A DNA stretch of 64,000 nucleotides, taken from Mytilus californianus. Its lineage: Eukaryota. The notes under the pieces are model-generated. The model was not told the origin of the DNA, ran no database searches, and saw only the letters and a list, made by a program, of their open reading frames with translations. Positions within the stretch are counted from its first letter, which is position 1. Each line of letters begins with the position of its first letter. This document shows positions 12,050 to 25,716 of the stretch, piece after piece. The stretch spans positions 43,524,001-43,588,000 of the forward strand of contig NW_026262668.1 in the NCBI RefSeq assembly GCF_021869535.1, written 5' to 3'. Both the position numbers and the translations under genes were made by a program.

Positions 12050-13722
12050 TAAACACGTGAGAATGTTGTATCTGATTTATTTTCTTGAGCGGCAGTATTC
12101 AACCAACAGTTGTGGCTACATTAGCTAGCCTCCTGTTAATAATAGCGATCACATTTTGACCCAGCTTTCCCAATTGTGTGCGCCTTTATGTTCCTGTTTA
12201 AATTATTGGTCATCTTGTTGGCTTGGCAGTGGAGGTCTTTGATTGTGAGTTTTACTTCTGACATATGGTGTAGATAGACAAATGGGTCAGTTCGTGAGCA
12301 CGTAAACCTGGTTAAACACCACCATGAGTATGTGCCTGTACCAAGGCTATCTAGACTATTTGTTGTTCGTTGTTCTTTGTCTTTGTTTTTGCGTCTATAT
12401 ATTTTTTGTTGATGGTTGATCTGTTCAATATATTAGGGAATTCCTGTTAGATATTTGTGCATTATTATGAGACAACAAATTCATGAAATACTGATGGAAA
12501 AACTTGTCATATGCATTTTTTTTTATTTTGATTTTAATTAGCTGTTCCCACTCTACCTGGGTCTTCGCGTCAATCATATTTTTTTTTGTATTAAGGCCCC
12601 GGTATTGTAACAATTTTCATTCATTAACATTGGAGTTGTACACAATGTAAGTCTAAGTCAAATTAAGTATAAATTGATGTAATTTGACACGGTCATTGAC
12701 ATTCTGAATGTATGATATGCACAGTGGAAGGGAAGAGAGAATATGTTTGATATATTTTTCAATTCATTTATAGCATATTTTTCTTGAGTTTTCTGAATAA
12801 GAACCACGAGAGAGAGAGAGAGAGTATCCCATATGCCCTTAAGTTACAAGTTTAAGTTGAATTGAGGATGACGGGTAGATAAAATTAATTCAACAATCAA
12901 AATTGTTATTTCATGCGTTTAGTTAAAAAGATTTATGATAGTGAATATCAAAACTGGTGTAATTATGGTGTGAAATACAATTGGTTTTTTTTATCTATAC
13001 ATTCTGTACTTAAATGACAAATTTGAAATCTTTACGTACCACGCCTATATTGGACAATGAAATTGAAAAAATCTGGATTATATATAATTTATTGACCTTT
13101 AATGATGATATCGACTGAACCAGTACCTTTTTTAATTATACAAGCCTTTGTCATTTGACCATCAAACTCCACACCTTTTTGTAAAGAGGACAACCTAATT
13201 ACACTTACTATCTAAAAATCAGCATGTCCCCATTGTCCACTTTAAGATTGACGATCCTGATAAAAATGTCCTTTTTATGTAAATATTTGTAAAGATAAAC
13301 ACTAAGTTGTCCATCTTTATTAAAAGGAAAACAACTGAAGTGTAGCGGCGTGGTGTCAAACATAGTGGAGGAAATCCAGTAGATATTGGTATTAAAGTGG
13401 GTATTTTCAATAATTGATATCATAAATCCGAACATTCAAACTTTTATTTGCTGCTCAGACGTTGGTATATATATGTCAGTGCCTGCAAGCTTTTTTTATA
13501 CGATATCATTCAATATTGTTGTATGTACGATTAATTTTTTTCTTCTTCTGTTATCTTATATTATAGAGTTAGTACTATGAACACTTTGATACTTTAAAAA
13601 GTGTCTTCTACGTAGTTTTTTATTCTACTCATATAGCTGAAAAAGGGGTCAGTTATAAAAACACTGGAATAACAACAAGTGTACCGTTTGCAATTATTCA
13701 CAAAAACTTGCTCCTCACTTAC

Positions 13723-14040
13723 CCCTGAAATAGGATATGGTGACGCTGTTTCTGTTTTCACAGAAAACTTTTTACTTTCTATTTTTTCATCAAATTTCTA
13801 TGCATCTTTAAGGCAAAGCATTGTCACTTCCTTTTTAAGTAAAAATTTACTGGCTCTACTACATTTTCACTCGCCTGTGCTTGTTGGCTTGTGATTAATC
13901 GTGAAGACTGTTGTTTTTGAGTCATATATTCTTTGGGTTAAAAATGTTTATGCTTCCTCAATCTTTCCTCTATCCACGGACAGTGGTGCAACAGCACAAA
14001 CAAGCGTTGCATGAAACTTTATGTCCGAACAGCCAATTTC
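13723..14040 (-). pseudogene. Candidate 318-bp phase 0-0 pseudo-exon (unidentified)
   Basis: Acceptor tttccattag|G, donor GG|gtaagt, exactly 106 codons with three in-frame stops (EIGCSDIKFHATLVCAVAPLSVDRGKIEEA*...). Confidence 0.3.
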
Positions 14041-15207
14041 CTAATGGAAAGTTTTTTATGAAGTTGAAAAATAATTAAAAGATGTTTTGCATGACAATTT
14101 CAAATCTTATTTCATAACATAAAGTACAATGGAACCTAAATTTTTATGATTATAATAATCATTGACAATTTTTACATATTTTTAATGTCGATAAATCTTT
14201 ATAACTGGGTGTTAACCAGTAATCTCAAATTTCATGTTTTTATGTTAAAAAAAAACCTATATATTGTTATAGATTTGTTTTTATACATATTAAGTACTTT
14301 CCCATCAAAGAAATGCAAATAATGAAGCTATAAACATAAAAATTTAACAAAAGCATTAGAAATATTAAGTATTTTTCGTAAAGTACTTCCTTTCCATGAG
14401 TAACTTTTCATTACAAGAGTTTATTTGTGTAATAGCTGCAGTTTACTTCATGTACTGTACAATATTTATTCAAGTCATTAGACTGTGTAACTATATACTC
14501 TAAAGCTTCCAAAATTCCTTTGAGAAACTGCAAATATTGTAATAAACTTGATAAAAGATATACGGCAATGTGTTACTAATATTTTTGTTTATTTTCAAGG
14601 ATGTAGTCAGGTGAAATTTGAAAAATCTGGAATTTAAAATTGATACTATAAATCAGAAGAGCATTAGTTAAGGAACAAAATAAGCTAAAATATTAATAGG
14701 TTATGGAACTCCTTTTCGAAATATTTTATTTATAAAATGTCGGGAAAAGACTGACTCGAACTTTAACATTATATTAAGCATTGGTATTAGTTGGGTCTCA
14801 AATCGTAAGACAAGAAATCTATAGAATCTGCTTTTTTTGGACTCTGAAATTGCAAAAGTTATAAACTTATACAAGCATTTTAAATTTATGTTACTTTTAT
14901 TCATATATTTAATAGGTTGGTATAATCTTTGCACTTTAGTACAGAAAGGTCATTTGTGGTGTCACTATGACGCCAATTTCACGCATAGTTTTTAGTAACA
15001 TATCGCGATTTAGGCAGAATTTTTTATTATTAATTAAATTATTGCACATGTTTATAAAGCAGAACCTAACTTAACTTGTCGTTGTTGTTCGAATGCTGGA
15101 CATTCCATCAGAAAAGGAATTCCATTTTCAATTGAATTTGAAGAACAGAATTTTACAAATTATTTTATCTTTGTCAGTCTTCTTTTTTTAACGACCCTGC
15201 TCAATAG

Positions 15208-15645
15208 CCCGGCGGGGGGTACTTCCTATATTTTTAGTGGTAAGAGTGTGCCGCAAAACAGGGTCACTTTTTCATGCCCTGCTGGTTAGAACATGGTCCC
15301 TTTTTCATGCCCTGCTGGTTAGAACAGGGTCGCTTTTTCATGCCCTGCTGGTGAGAATAGGGTCTTTTTAGAAACAAAGTATTTGTCTAGAACCGTCTAG
15401 AACCCGGGTCTAGAACAGCATCTATTTTATACGGTCTAGAACAGGATCATTCCCGGTGCATATTTCTGAGCGTGTCTAGAACAGGGTATACATTTTCTGA
15501 GCGTGTCTTGAACAGGGTATGTTTTCAATATTTCTGTTTAGAACAGGGTATGTTTTTCAATGTTTTCTGGTTAGAACAGGGTATGATTTGGCAAGTGATG
15601 TCGGCACAGTTATACCCGAAAGGATAGTCAGTAACCCCACCCGGG
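15208..15645. mobile_element. Non-autonomous DNA transposon with 8-bp TSD (superfamily unassigned)
   Basis: Termini CCCGGCGGGGGGTACT / AGTAACCCCACCCGGG; perfect TSD CTCAATAG at 15200-15207 and 15646-15653; about 12 internal direct copies of a TAGAACAGGGT-like motif. Confidence 0.85.
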
Positions 15646-15809
15646 CTCAATAGCTAATTTATGAGCACTTATTCTCATTTGTGTTAGGTGCTTTCTAGTT
15701 TCAAACTTCTTTAGAACATTAATGTTGTATGTAAGACAAAAATTCTAAAACATGAATACTGATTTCCTACAGACTAATGTATTATGAACATCTGGTAGAT
15801 TTATACTAC

Positions 15810-16312
15810 TCTTTCAATCAGTTTAATTGAGGTCTGGAGCTGGCATGTCAGTAACTGCTAGTAGTCCTTTGTTAATTTATGTATCATTGTCATTTTGCTT
15901 AGTTTCTTTTGTTACCTATTCTGAAATCGGACTCAGACTTCTTTTAAACTGAGTTTTACTGTGCGTATTCCTATGTTTTTCTTTATTCTACATTGGCTAG
16001 AAGTTGAGATCTCACAAAACATGTTTAACCCCGCCGCATTTTTGCGCCTGTCCCAAGTCAGGAGCCTCTGGGGCCTTTGTTAGTCTTGTATGTTTTTTTA
16101 ATTTTAGTTCATTTATATGTTTTGGAGTTTAGTGTGACGTCCATTTTCACTGAACTAGTACACAATTTTATTAAGGGGCGAGCTGAGGACCACCTCCAGG
16201 TGCGGGATTTTCTCGCTGCGTTGAAGACCCATTGGTGGCCTTCGGCTGTTGTCTGCTCTTTGGTCGGGTTGTTGTCTCTTTGACATATTCCCCATTTCCA
16301 TTCTCAATTTTA
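15810..16312 (+). repeat. High-copy interspersed repeat, 5'-truncated copy
   Basis: Over 90% identical by eye to 35590-36104; contains CCTGTCCCAAGTCAGGAGCCTCTG. Confidence 0.8.
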
Positions 16313-16559
16313 CTTTTTGATTTTCGAATTCAAGGAGCCAAAACAATTGGCAGTATCATACCACCTCCTTTCAGTTTAATAGTCGTTGCAAGGATAGGAT
16401 AATTTACAAGATTTACACAATGCTGTAGTCACGGCTTACATTTCCATACTAAAATATTTGTTTGGTATTGTATACTAGTATGCGAGCGTCTTATTACTTA
16501 TGTTTTAGTTACATATATAACTTGTATTCTTTGATCTTAGGCAAAAGGTACTCCTTCAA

Positions 16560-17800
16560 TCTTAGCCAACCGATGTTCATTCGATCTTGGGCAACTGACA
16601 TTCATTCGACCTTAGGTAACTTGTACTCCTTTGATCTTGGGCAACTGATGTACCATCGATCTTTGGCAACTTATGTTTCTTTTATCTTTGGCAACTGATG
16701 ATTCTTTGAAAATCTTAGGCAACAAATATTCATTCGATCTAAGGCAACCAAAAAATGAAAGATTGTTTACATTAAGGTCACTAGTGTTCCTTTGATCTTG
16801 AGCATTAACATTTCTTCGATGTTCCTGCGATCTTAGGCAATTGATGTTACTTTGATCTTAGGCCATTGATGTTCCTTCGATCTTAGACAACTGATGTTCC
16901 TGCGATCTAAGGCAATTGATGTTACTTTAATCTTAAGCAATTGATGTTACTTTAATCTTAGGCCATTGATGTTCCTTCGATCTTAGACAACTGATGTTCC
17001 TGCCATCTTAGGCAATTGCTAGTAGTTCGATGTTAAGCAACTGATGTTCCTTCTATCTAAGGCCAGTGATGTTCCTTTGATCTTTGGCAACGGATGTTCT
17101 TTCGATCTTAAGCAATTGATAGTCCTTCGATGTTAGGCAACTAATGTTACTACGATCATAGGCAATTGATGTTACTTTAACCTTAAGCAATTGATGTTAC
17201 TTTAATCTTAGGCCATTGATGTTCCTTCGATCTTAGACAACTGATGTTCCTGCCATCTTAGGCAATTGCTAGTGGTTCGATGTTAGGCAACTGATGTTCC
17301 TGCTATCTAAGGCCAGTGATGTTCCTTTGATCTTTGGCAACGGATGTTCCTTCGATCTTATGCAATTGATAGTCCTTCGATGTTAGGCAACTAATGTGTT
17401 ACTACGATCGTAGGCAATTGATATTACCTCGATCTAAGGCCACTGATGTTCCTGCGATCTTTGACAACGGATGGTCCTTCTATTTTAGGCTACTTATATT
17501 CCTTCGATCTTTGGCAACGGATGCTTCTTCCATATTAGGCCACTTATGTTCCTTCGAACTTTGGCAACGGATGTTTCTTCGATCTAAGGCCACTGATGTT
17601 CCTTCGATCATTTGCAACGGATGCTTCTTCGATTTTAGGCCACTGATGTTACTGCGATCTTAGACAATTGATATTACTGTTCATTCGATCTTAGACCACT
17701 GGTGTTCTTACGCTCTTTGGCCGCTAATGTTCCTGCGATCTTAGGCCACTGATGTTCCTTCTATCTTATGTCACTAATGTTCCTTCGATCTAATTTATAT
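16560..17800. repeat. 25-bp minisatellite (consensus GATCTTAGGCAACTGATGTTCCTTC), about 45-50 diverged units
   Basis: 25-bp periodicity is directly visible; 16911-17160 is repeated at 17161-17412. Confidence 0.9.
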
Positions 17801-18411
17801 AAAACCTAATGATGTTCCTTTGGTCTTGAGCAATTGCCATATTTCCAATGTTCCTGCGAAAACAAAATGGCGAAGATAGATTTTTATAAGATAATGAACT
17901 TTCTGTGGTATTTGTAAACGTTGATATCTTATCGTCTTAACATTTACCGCCTAGCAAAGAAAAACAATAAAACATTTTTTTAAAGATAACGAATTTAGTA
18001 ACAAATCATTGCGGAAATCATTTTAAATATATAACAAAAGATTGTGTGGTTTCATTCACAAAATATACACATTATGTTGTATATTTGAAGTCTAAACGGA
18101 TGTATATTTGTACTGGTTGCCTTTTATACCAAATGCAAGTTCTCAAATTCTAACATGATCTTATCGTATGGGTCAACTTGTTCTTAAAAACATCATGAAA
18201 CAAGAGAATGGGTGTGGCAAAATCATGACAAGCTTTTTATCCTTTCAAAACTATATCAGTAACTTTATGATAAATCATTTATCATGGTGTTTTTGTTACT
18301 TTTTTTTTAGCTTAACGATTAGACTTTCCCGATAGCGGCACATTTTGAACTGTCTGATTCCCTACATCTTCGAAGTTTATATATTTAATCGACAGTATGA
18401 CAAAGTGAACT

Positions 18412-18600
18412 CATTGGTTGATTGATTGTTGGTGTTTAACACCTCTTTCGTCACTCTTGGCTATATGATGGCGGATAGTTTCTATTGGTGGAGGATGCCG
18501 GGGTACCAGGAGAAAACCTTTGGCAGGAAAACTGGCAAGCTGGGTCAATTAAGATGGAAAGCGAACCCACAACCTCAATGTGACAGGCTAGTGGTCCCTA
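18412..18600 (-). mobile_element. tRNA-derived SINE (V-type), degenerate
   Basis: Minus strand has GTTGTGGGTTCGCT, TTTTCTCCTGGTACCCCGGCATCCTCCACCAATA and a GTTAAACACCAACAATCAATCA tail. Confidence 0.7.
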
Positions 18601-18744
18601 TAGAAGAACTTCTTAAACCAATCGGTCATCGAGCCCTCCCCCTTTCCCGTTAGCTCATTGGTACCCATACAATTGCTCATAACAATGCTGTTATTATGCT
18701 TTTCAATATAAGTATGGTAGCATACTCTCTAAACTAATTGCTTT

Positions 18745-19465
18745 GGGATACCATAAGGCATATTTTGTTTATTAAGAACAAAAAGGTAAAACATGCTTCA
18801 CATAGGAACAAGTTATCAGTAAGCTGGAGTTTCTTATTGACAACATATTTGTTGAATTTGGAGGCAGACTTTTTCAACAAATTGTCGGCATTCATATGGG
18901 AACGAACTGTGCGCCTCTCCTTGCCAGCCTCTTCTTATTTTCATATGCGTCGGAGTTCCTTCAGACAACTGTCAAAAACAGGAAGATAAAAAAAGCCAGA
19001 TTATTTAATTTCACATTCAGATATATTGATGATGCTATTTCCATTAACAATCCAAACTTTCTGATTGGGTTCTATTAATAAATCCTCCAGAACTAGAAAT
19101 TAAAGAAACAACAGACACGGCTTCCTTCGCCTCAATTTTAGACTTATACCTCGAATTTGACATAAGCGGTCATCTCAGTACCAGAATCAATGACAAACGA
19201 GGCGATTTTAATTTTGAAATTATAAATTCCCCCCAGCTTTGCAGCAATATACCAACTTCACCTGCATATGGGTAATACATTTCCCAACTCATTCGATATT
19301 CAATAGCTTGCAGCTGCTACTCTGACTTTAAACATGTCACCAGTGTCTGAGCAGAAAGTTGAACGAGACGTCTCGTCCTTTTACTAAAAAAAATTCATCA
19401 GAAGATACCAAGACCTATTCCGTATCAACCTCACAAATAATACATGACGGACTTGAAGTATATCT
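18745..19465 (+). mobile_element. Penelope-like (Naiad-type) retroelement RT fragment, frameshifted
   Basis: Piecewise translation gives EFLIDNIFVEFGG..QQIVGI.MGTNCAPLLA..., FTFRYIDD, ELEIKETTD..S.A..LDL, DKR.DFNF.I and ISQLIRYS. Confidence 0.9.
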
Positions 19466-19569
19466 TCTAGGTACTGACGTTGTTTATCATCTTAATAATG
19501 TGTTATAGTGTTCCTTTTATTTTTCATTGTATATTTTTAACCTTTACTGTTTAGTCCATTTTTGGTAAT

Positions 19570-19960
19570 ATACTTTTGACGTGGCTCGGTATTTATACAT
19601 CCCGCCATTGTGATATTGTGCTATGGTAATTTTTGTATCTGTATGCCATTTTGTTTTTCTTTGTTGAAATAGTTATTGTTTTTATAGGGATTAAGATTAT
19701 AACACAATGTTGACTGCTGAACCCCAATTTTTGACATTTTTAATGATTTTTTCTGTTTGCTTTGTTCATACATTATTGTCAATATAATTGAATTCTATGC
19801 GACAGTCATACAAGTGAGAGGTTTAGCTAGCTATAAAACCAGGTTTTATCCACCATTTTCTACATAAGGAAATGCCTATATCAAGTCAGGACTTTCCTTT
19901 TTGAATTTCCCTTGGATTTCGGTATTTTTTTTATTTTACTTTCATGGTTTTCTGATATGT
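19570..19960 (+). repeat. Bivalve interspersed repeat fragment
   Basis: Contains ATCCACCATTTTCTACATAAGGAAATGCC...CAAGTCAGGA, also at 28031-28192 and 26080-26105. Confidence 0.6.
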
Positions 19961-22900
19961 CACTTTTATTTCTGTTTAAAGAATGTAAATTTGGTGATAC
20001 TTAAGATTCTTTTTTTTTTTCTCTCTCTGTGTTATATTTTTCAAATTCCAATACTTTACTTCGAGCATCATTTTCGAGAAATAAATTTAAAAAAAAAAGT
20101 TTGTTTGATGTATCAAATTACATTTGATATTTTTGTCATTTTGTATTGTTGTACCAAAACTTTATAGATTGTATCAATATCTTCTTTAATAGTAAACGCT
20201 TTACTGTGGTAATTCGAGTTTCTTGTTGTTTAAATTCTGCATGGATCCATCATTAAAACAGCAAGTTCAAGGGAAGTCAAGACGAATGTATGAAACTGTG
20301 TCAATTCATTTCTTTCTTTTAATACGCTGAAATTTATATATGTCAAACAATTTCTCATGTTCAACCAAACTGTTAAAAGAACAAGCAACAAATACAATAA
20401 ACAAGTGTGTGTGCAATTAAAAACCACAAGTCGAAGAATGACTCCCAGACAACATCAAAGTAAAAAAAATGTAAAAAACGATTTTAAACAATTGTTACAG
20501 TCCAGGGAAAGCAGGTCCTGCTTTATCAGTGACATCCGTCCTGTTCAATATTGTATTACAACACATTACATCCAACTTGCATTGAAAATACGGAATATGC
20601 ACAAATAACAAAATTAACAGAAACAAAAAGTAAAGGTCAGTTCACTCTACTAATATATTTTTTTTTAATTTCTTTTATTGTCTAGGTTAACATAGTTAAT
20701 AGTGAATGTCGAAAGACGCGCGACAATCTACAACTATGTCAAAATATACATGCATTTTTTAAAGAAAGATATTTTACTTTTTTAAACGTCATATGTCATG
20801 ATGTGTAGAAGTATTTTTTTCACATTTGGCATCAAGATCTTGAGGATCTTATTGGTTTACTTAATTCAGTGGTTACACCAAAAAATATGTGAATGAATAT
20901 GTTGAATAAGCGTTGTCAGCTTAAACAAAAACAAACCTTCACTTCCTTTTCTTTTTCATTCAAAAAAAAATAATTGAATTAAATTGAACATATTCATGTC
21001 AAACCCCATATTCAATTTTCAATCTGTATATACTTGGTGCAAATAGCAACGAATACTGTTTGACCTATTTCAGAAATAAATTGCTCCGTCACTGTACAAA
21101 CTATTAAGTTACGGGTGTGTCAATATACATTCGTTCAAAATGGATCAAATTACATATTAGCAAACACAAATTGTATGCAGACCATCGTAGGTAGCTGACA
21201 TAGAGTGAAATAATTTTCTCTCTTTCTCTATAGATATCTGTGTTTATTTTTTAAAACATACTTCAGTCGTATCATATACGGATGCGAAATTGTATTTTCA
21301 TTTTATTCTGTGATCATTTCCGGAAAATCAAAAGGATTGTATGCATAAGACAAAAGAAAAACTAAACAGGAAACTCCTATAAGACACACACGAAATGCAA
21401 CTTAAAGTTAGATAAGATAAAATAGTTGTATAAAAGAACTATTATATTGGTTCAGTGTGTCTTACGCGCAATTGTGTGAAAATATGTTGTTTAAGGTCCT
21501 TGTATGGGGCTAACTACATGTACATTAAGTCCGAGAATGAGTTTTAATAATAATTTAAGACAGGTTCAAAACACTTGGACACCAATTAATTAAACAGTTA
21601 ACTTTTCGTAATAGCACTGTATGCTGATCTTACTCACATATGGTAAAGTTGCATATCAGTGTCAGCATTATACTTACACCGTATGGATGAACTTACAAGG
21701 TAATAATATTTGGAAAATACATCTATTATGCTGCTGGGCTAATGTTTTCTTGTGTTATTGACATTGCTGTTAGTGTATTAGGAAGTATATTGCTTCTTAT
21801 ACTGTACCTCAGATGTCCATTAATAAAGGAGTCATATTGGTAACAATTTATGTATAGTACCCACTTTTTTATACATGCACCAGTTCTATTTATTTTGATT
21901 TACGTAGTAGTTCATATTCACGAGGAAAAGTATATTTATGCAACGACCATACATCTTATATGTGTGTTTCTGTGTGCGTGTGTGTGTGTGAGTGAGGGGG
22001 GGGGGACTGGAAAAAAATAATTGGTTCATAAATGAAGCGAAAACATTGAAAACATTGAAAACTAGATATAAAATTAATATTACATTAGAATTTCAAAACT
22101 GATTTTCTTGCTCCTGTATATTATTGGGGAAACACGGATTTTTGTTACAGTCGAAAAAAGATTTTGTTACAAGAAAAAAAGACATTACTCAATTGATGAA
22201 TAGTCGGTACATGTGTACCATTGTTTAAATGAAATATGTATGCTTCCATGTGAAACTAATGTATTCTATAGAATTTCAAATTCTTCCCAAACAAACCCGC
22301 CCACAAAGTATCTTATCTTGAAGTATTGCAGGCCAACACCTATCCGTGTGCACTTCAACGGGGAAATAGAGTTGTAAAGTTATTTTCGACCCATGGAAAA
22401 TGTCGAGAGATAATCTTACATGCAGTATTGTTATTATGAAGGACAAAGTATATAAAAAATAAACGGCAAAGTTTTACATAAAAGACGACTCGCGTCAGTG
22501 TACACAAATTACAAATCATTTCTTCATTGTGGAATGAACAATGTATGTGTATTTAAACTCAAGATTGTCGATGTGGTTAAATGAATTGCATGCCTCGACA
22601 GAATGATTTTGTGGTTGGAGATGTTGATTTCTTTTAATAATAATCAAAGTCAACAATTAGGAATTAAAAACACGCATTTTTTCAGGTGTCAATATTAATG
22701 TGCAGGATAAAAACAATTGTCTGAAAATATAAGATCAATATTTTCTAGCTACGAAACAAGAGAAGAGTGAGGCGTCTTTGGTAAAAATGTCAACTATCAT
22801 AAGGAACTAAACCTGTAAAATTATCCTTGACAACATTTATGTACGTCAATATATATTTATATATCACAACTCGTTTTCTATGCCCGTGCCTGTAGTGACG

Positions 22901-23389
22901 TTTTAGAGTTCAATGAACGTAATCTATGTATCAGTGGTAACTTATTAAATTGGGGGAAATATTTCGTTACCACAGATTTCTTAAAACCTTTACTCAATTA
23001 TTTCATAGATTGGGTTTGGCTTTACCTGTAGAAAAAAACTATTTACAAACGGGAAGTCACATCATAATGTTTACGGTGATGTTGTTTATAGAGCTCGTAA
23101 ATTTAGATACGATCCATGTAAACTTATCGATCCTTTAAATACGTTTGTTCTAAAAGGCTATCCATTTAACACTGAAATAAAATCTTTGAATATTGTGTTT
23201 ATGTGTGCAAACATTGATTTTGTAATCAATAAATTAAAATATAATACATATAGTTGATAACGTTTGATTTTGTCAGTTTTTGTGGACTTCCCCTTTTTGA
23301 TCTTACTTTAGAGTTCGGTATTTTTGTTATACTTTTTATTCCGCTTTGAAAATTTACGGTCCTACATTCTATCGATACCGAAATTTGGC

Positions 23390-24140
23390 ATTGCACTAGG
23401 TCATGTTTTTCTCTGACTGTTTATGACGACTTTACGCTAAATGTGTACTGATTGATAGTTTAGCCTTAGACATTTGATTTTCTTATAAGTTGTTATTGGC
23501 TTCGAACGTGTTTTCAGTTACTGCTAGTACTCTCAGATCTGTTCATTGTGCTTAATACCTTTTGTTAACTGTTTTTTTTTTTTATTTGTGTCTACCTGAT
23601 GAGTCGAGTCTTTTTTAAACCGATTTTTTTATAGTTTGTTCTTATGTTGTTACATCACTATCCGAGGTCAAGGGACGGGTTGGGCACCCGCAAATATATC
23701 TAACCACGCCACATTCTATATGTGCCTGTCGCAAGCCTGGAGCCTGTAATTTAGTGGTTGTCGTTTGTTGCTGTTTATCATATTTGTTTTTCGATTTTTT
23801 GTTTTGTATAGTTTGTTCTTGTGTTGTGCTGTTGTACAACTGTCCCAGGTTAGGGGATGGTTGAAAGCCCGCTAACATTTCAAATCTTGCCTCATCATGT
23901 ATGTGCCTGTCCTAAGTCCGGAGCCTTTTATTCAGTGGTTGTAGTTTACTGCTGTAGATTATATTTGTTGTTTTTTTTTTTTATGAATCTCGTTATGTTC
24001 TCGTTTGAATTGTTTTACATCTGTCTTTTACAGCTTGCGATGTGGTATGGGTTTTTCTCATTGTTGAAGGTTGTTGTCGTAGGGTGACCAATAGTTGCTA
24101 GCTTCTACGTTATCTGAACTCTGGTTTTCAGTTGCAGTTC
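23390..24140 (-). mobile_element. HINE-like interspersed repeat with two internal core repeats
   Basis: Reverse complement of 3399-4068; the core TGTGCCTGTC..AAG..GGAGCC..TAATTCAGTGGTTGT occurs twice (about 23720 and 23903). Confidence 0.7.
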
Positions 24141-25635
24141 TAAAAATCGGCATCTTTAAAGTATGATAAAATATCGCGTAGACATTTAAAGTAGGATAAA
24201 TATACTTAGTGAAAAGGTTAATAAAAACTTTATTTTATTCAAACTGTTATTACGCTTGGACATTTCACATTACTTTTCATATGGCGATTTTACATATGGA
24301 AGAAATTACCAACCATATTAAATGAAAACTGGGGTATCATTTCAATTTGTTTTCATAACTTTGATTTGATTGATATATCCGATAAATAAATTTTCAATAA
24401 TGCAGTAAAAATTGTAACTTGATATTTTTCAACTGAATAACTTTACTTAAAACATCTTACGAGAAAAACAATTTATAATGAACAAAACATGCACACACCA
24501 TTCTAAGACGAGCGGTAATGTACTTCCGTTTTTCCGATGGTTGAATGTCGTTAATCCATCTTAATATATACAAACCAAGATAAACCAAACGTAAGAAATC
24601 GCATGAAACCAAACGAAGCCATACCGGATACGTTAACAGGGTAAGCGTCTTAAAGATCGGACTTCTTTTCTGTAACATTATGATCTAAGACCGGCATCAA
24701 CAATGGACTAAACCCATACATAGTAAGCTAAAAAAAAAGCCTCGACATGACAAAAAGGAAAACAACAAGAACGAGAAAATCAATAGCAACCACTGAATTG
24801 TAGGCTCCTGGTTTCGAACAGGTAAATACAGAATGTGACGGAAAACATGCATAGCAACATTTGTAGCGCAGACAGCAGATATATACTAATAGGACTTAAC
24901 AAGCGTTTTATGCTTGGTTGCTGCATGTTTAGAATTTTCAGCTGATCATCAGTAAACTTCAAGGACTTTCAAGTACTTACAAGTACTTTCATAATATTAT
25001 ACATATATGGACATATTTCTGTAATTATTTGTAAACGAGAGTCAGAAATATATATAGAATGTTGTCATTCAGCTTTTCTATAACATATATGTAAATAATA
25101 TTAATAACTTCAATATCTTTTTTTACAATATACATATACATTTTCCCTTTTTATTACGTGTTTTACTTTCAATAAGTTTGATTGAAATCAACATCGCTTA
25201 AGCATGGCCAGTGGAAACGCAACATAAGCTGTTAAACATTCAAAAGTTATCAGTTGCCATGAAAAGTAAGTATAGGAGCTGGATACCAGTCGGCTTTAAT
25301 ACTTCAAAGTTTTTGATTTTGTAAATAGTTATTCCAGGTTTTTCAAAAGTTTTGCATATAAATGGACATTTAATCAAACATGAGAACGGAAAAAATAAAC
25401 GTTTATTTTTTTTAAACCGTTTTTGAAAATACTGAATTATAGATTCGAACAGTGTAATTTCTGTTGTAACACAATTTGGATTCGAACAATTCTCTAGATA
25501 TTACATAAAAACAAATGTGTATTTCATTAATAGACTTTACATTTTGTTATATACAATCATATTTGACATTCGTACATGTACTACTACAATTACGCTGATA
25601 CATGTATCCTGCAGCAAATTAATAACTTTGTACAG

Positions 25636-25716
25636 ACAAGGAAGATCGAACAGTATATAAAAACTGTGCAAAAAAATAGAAAGGAGAGATTCCACCAGGT
25701 CTTCTCCCCCTCATGG
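25636..25716 (+). other. Candidate 81-bp exon
   Basis: Acceptor aactttgtacag|, donor GG|gtaagc; open in phase 0 (TRKIEQYIKTVQKNRKERFHQVFSPSW). Confidence 0.3.

Noticed and set aside
16077-16283. Paralogous small proteins sharing RDFLAAL..HW (ORFs at 16077 and 6439)
   Set aside because: The shared peptide comes from the 3' end of a high-copy repeat (also at 35990) and is not under a consistent frame.
16560-17800. CRISPR-like array or coding repeat (ORF 17394-17663)
   Set aside because: Units are contiguous with no unique spacers, no cas genes are present and the context is eukaryotic; the ORF is a by-product of the repeat.
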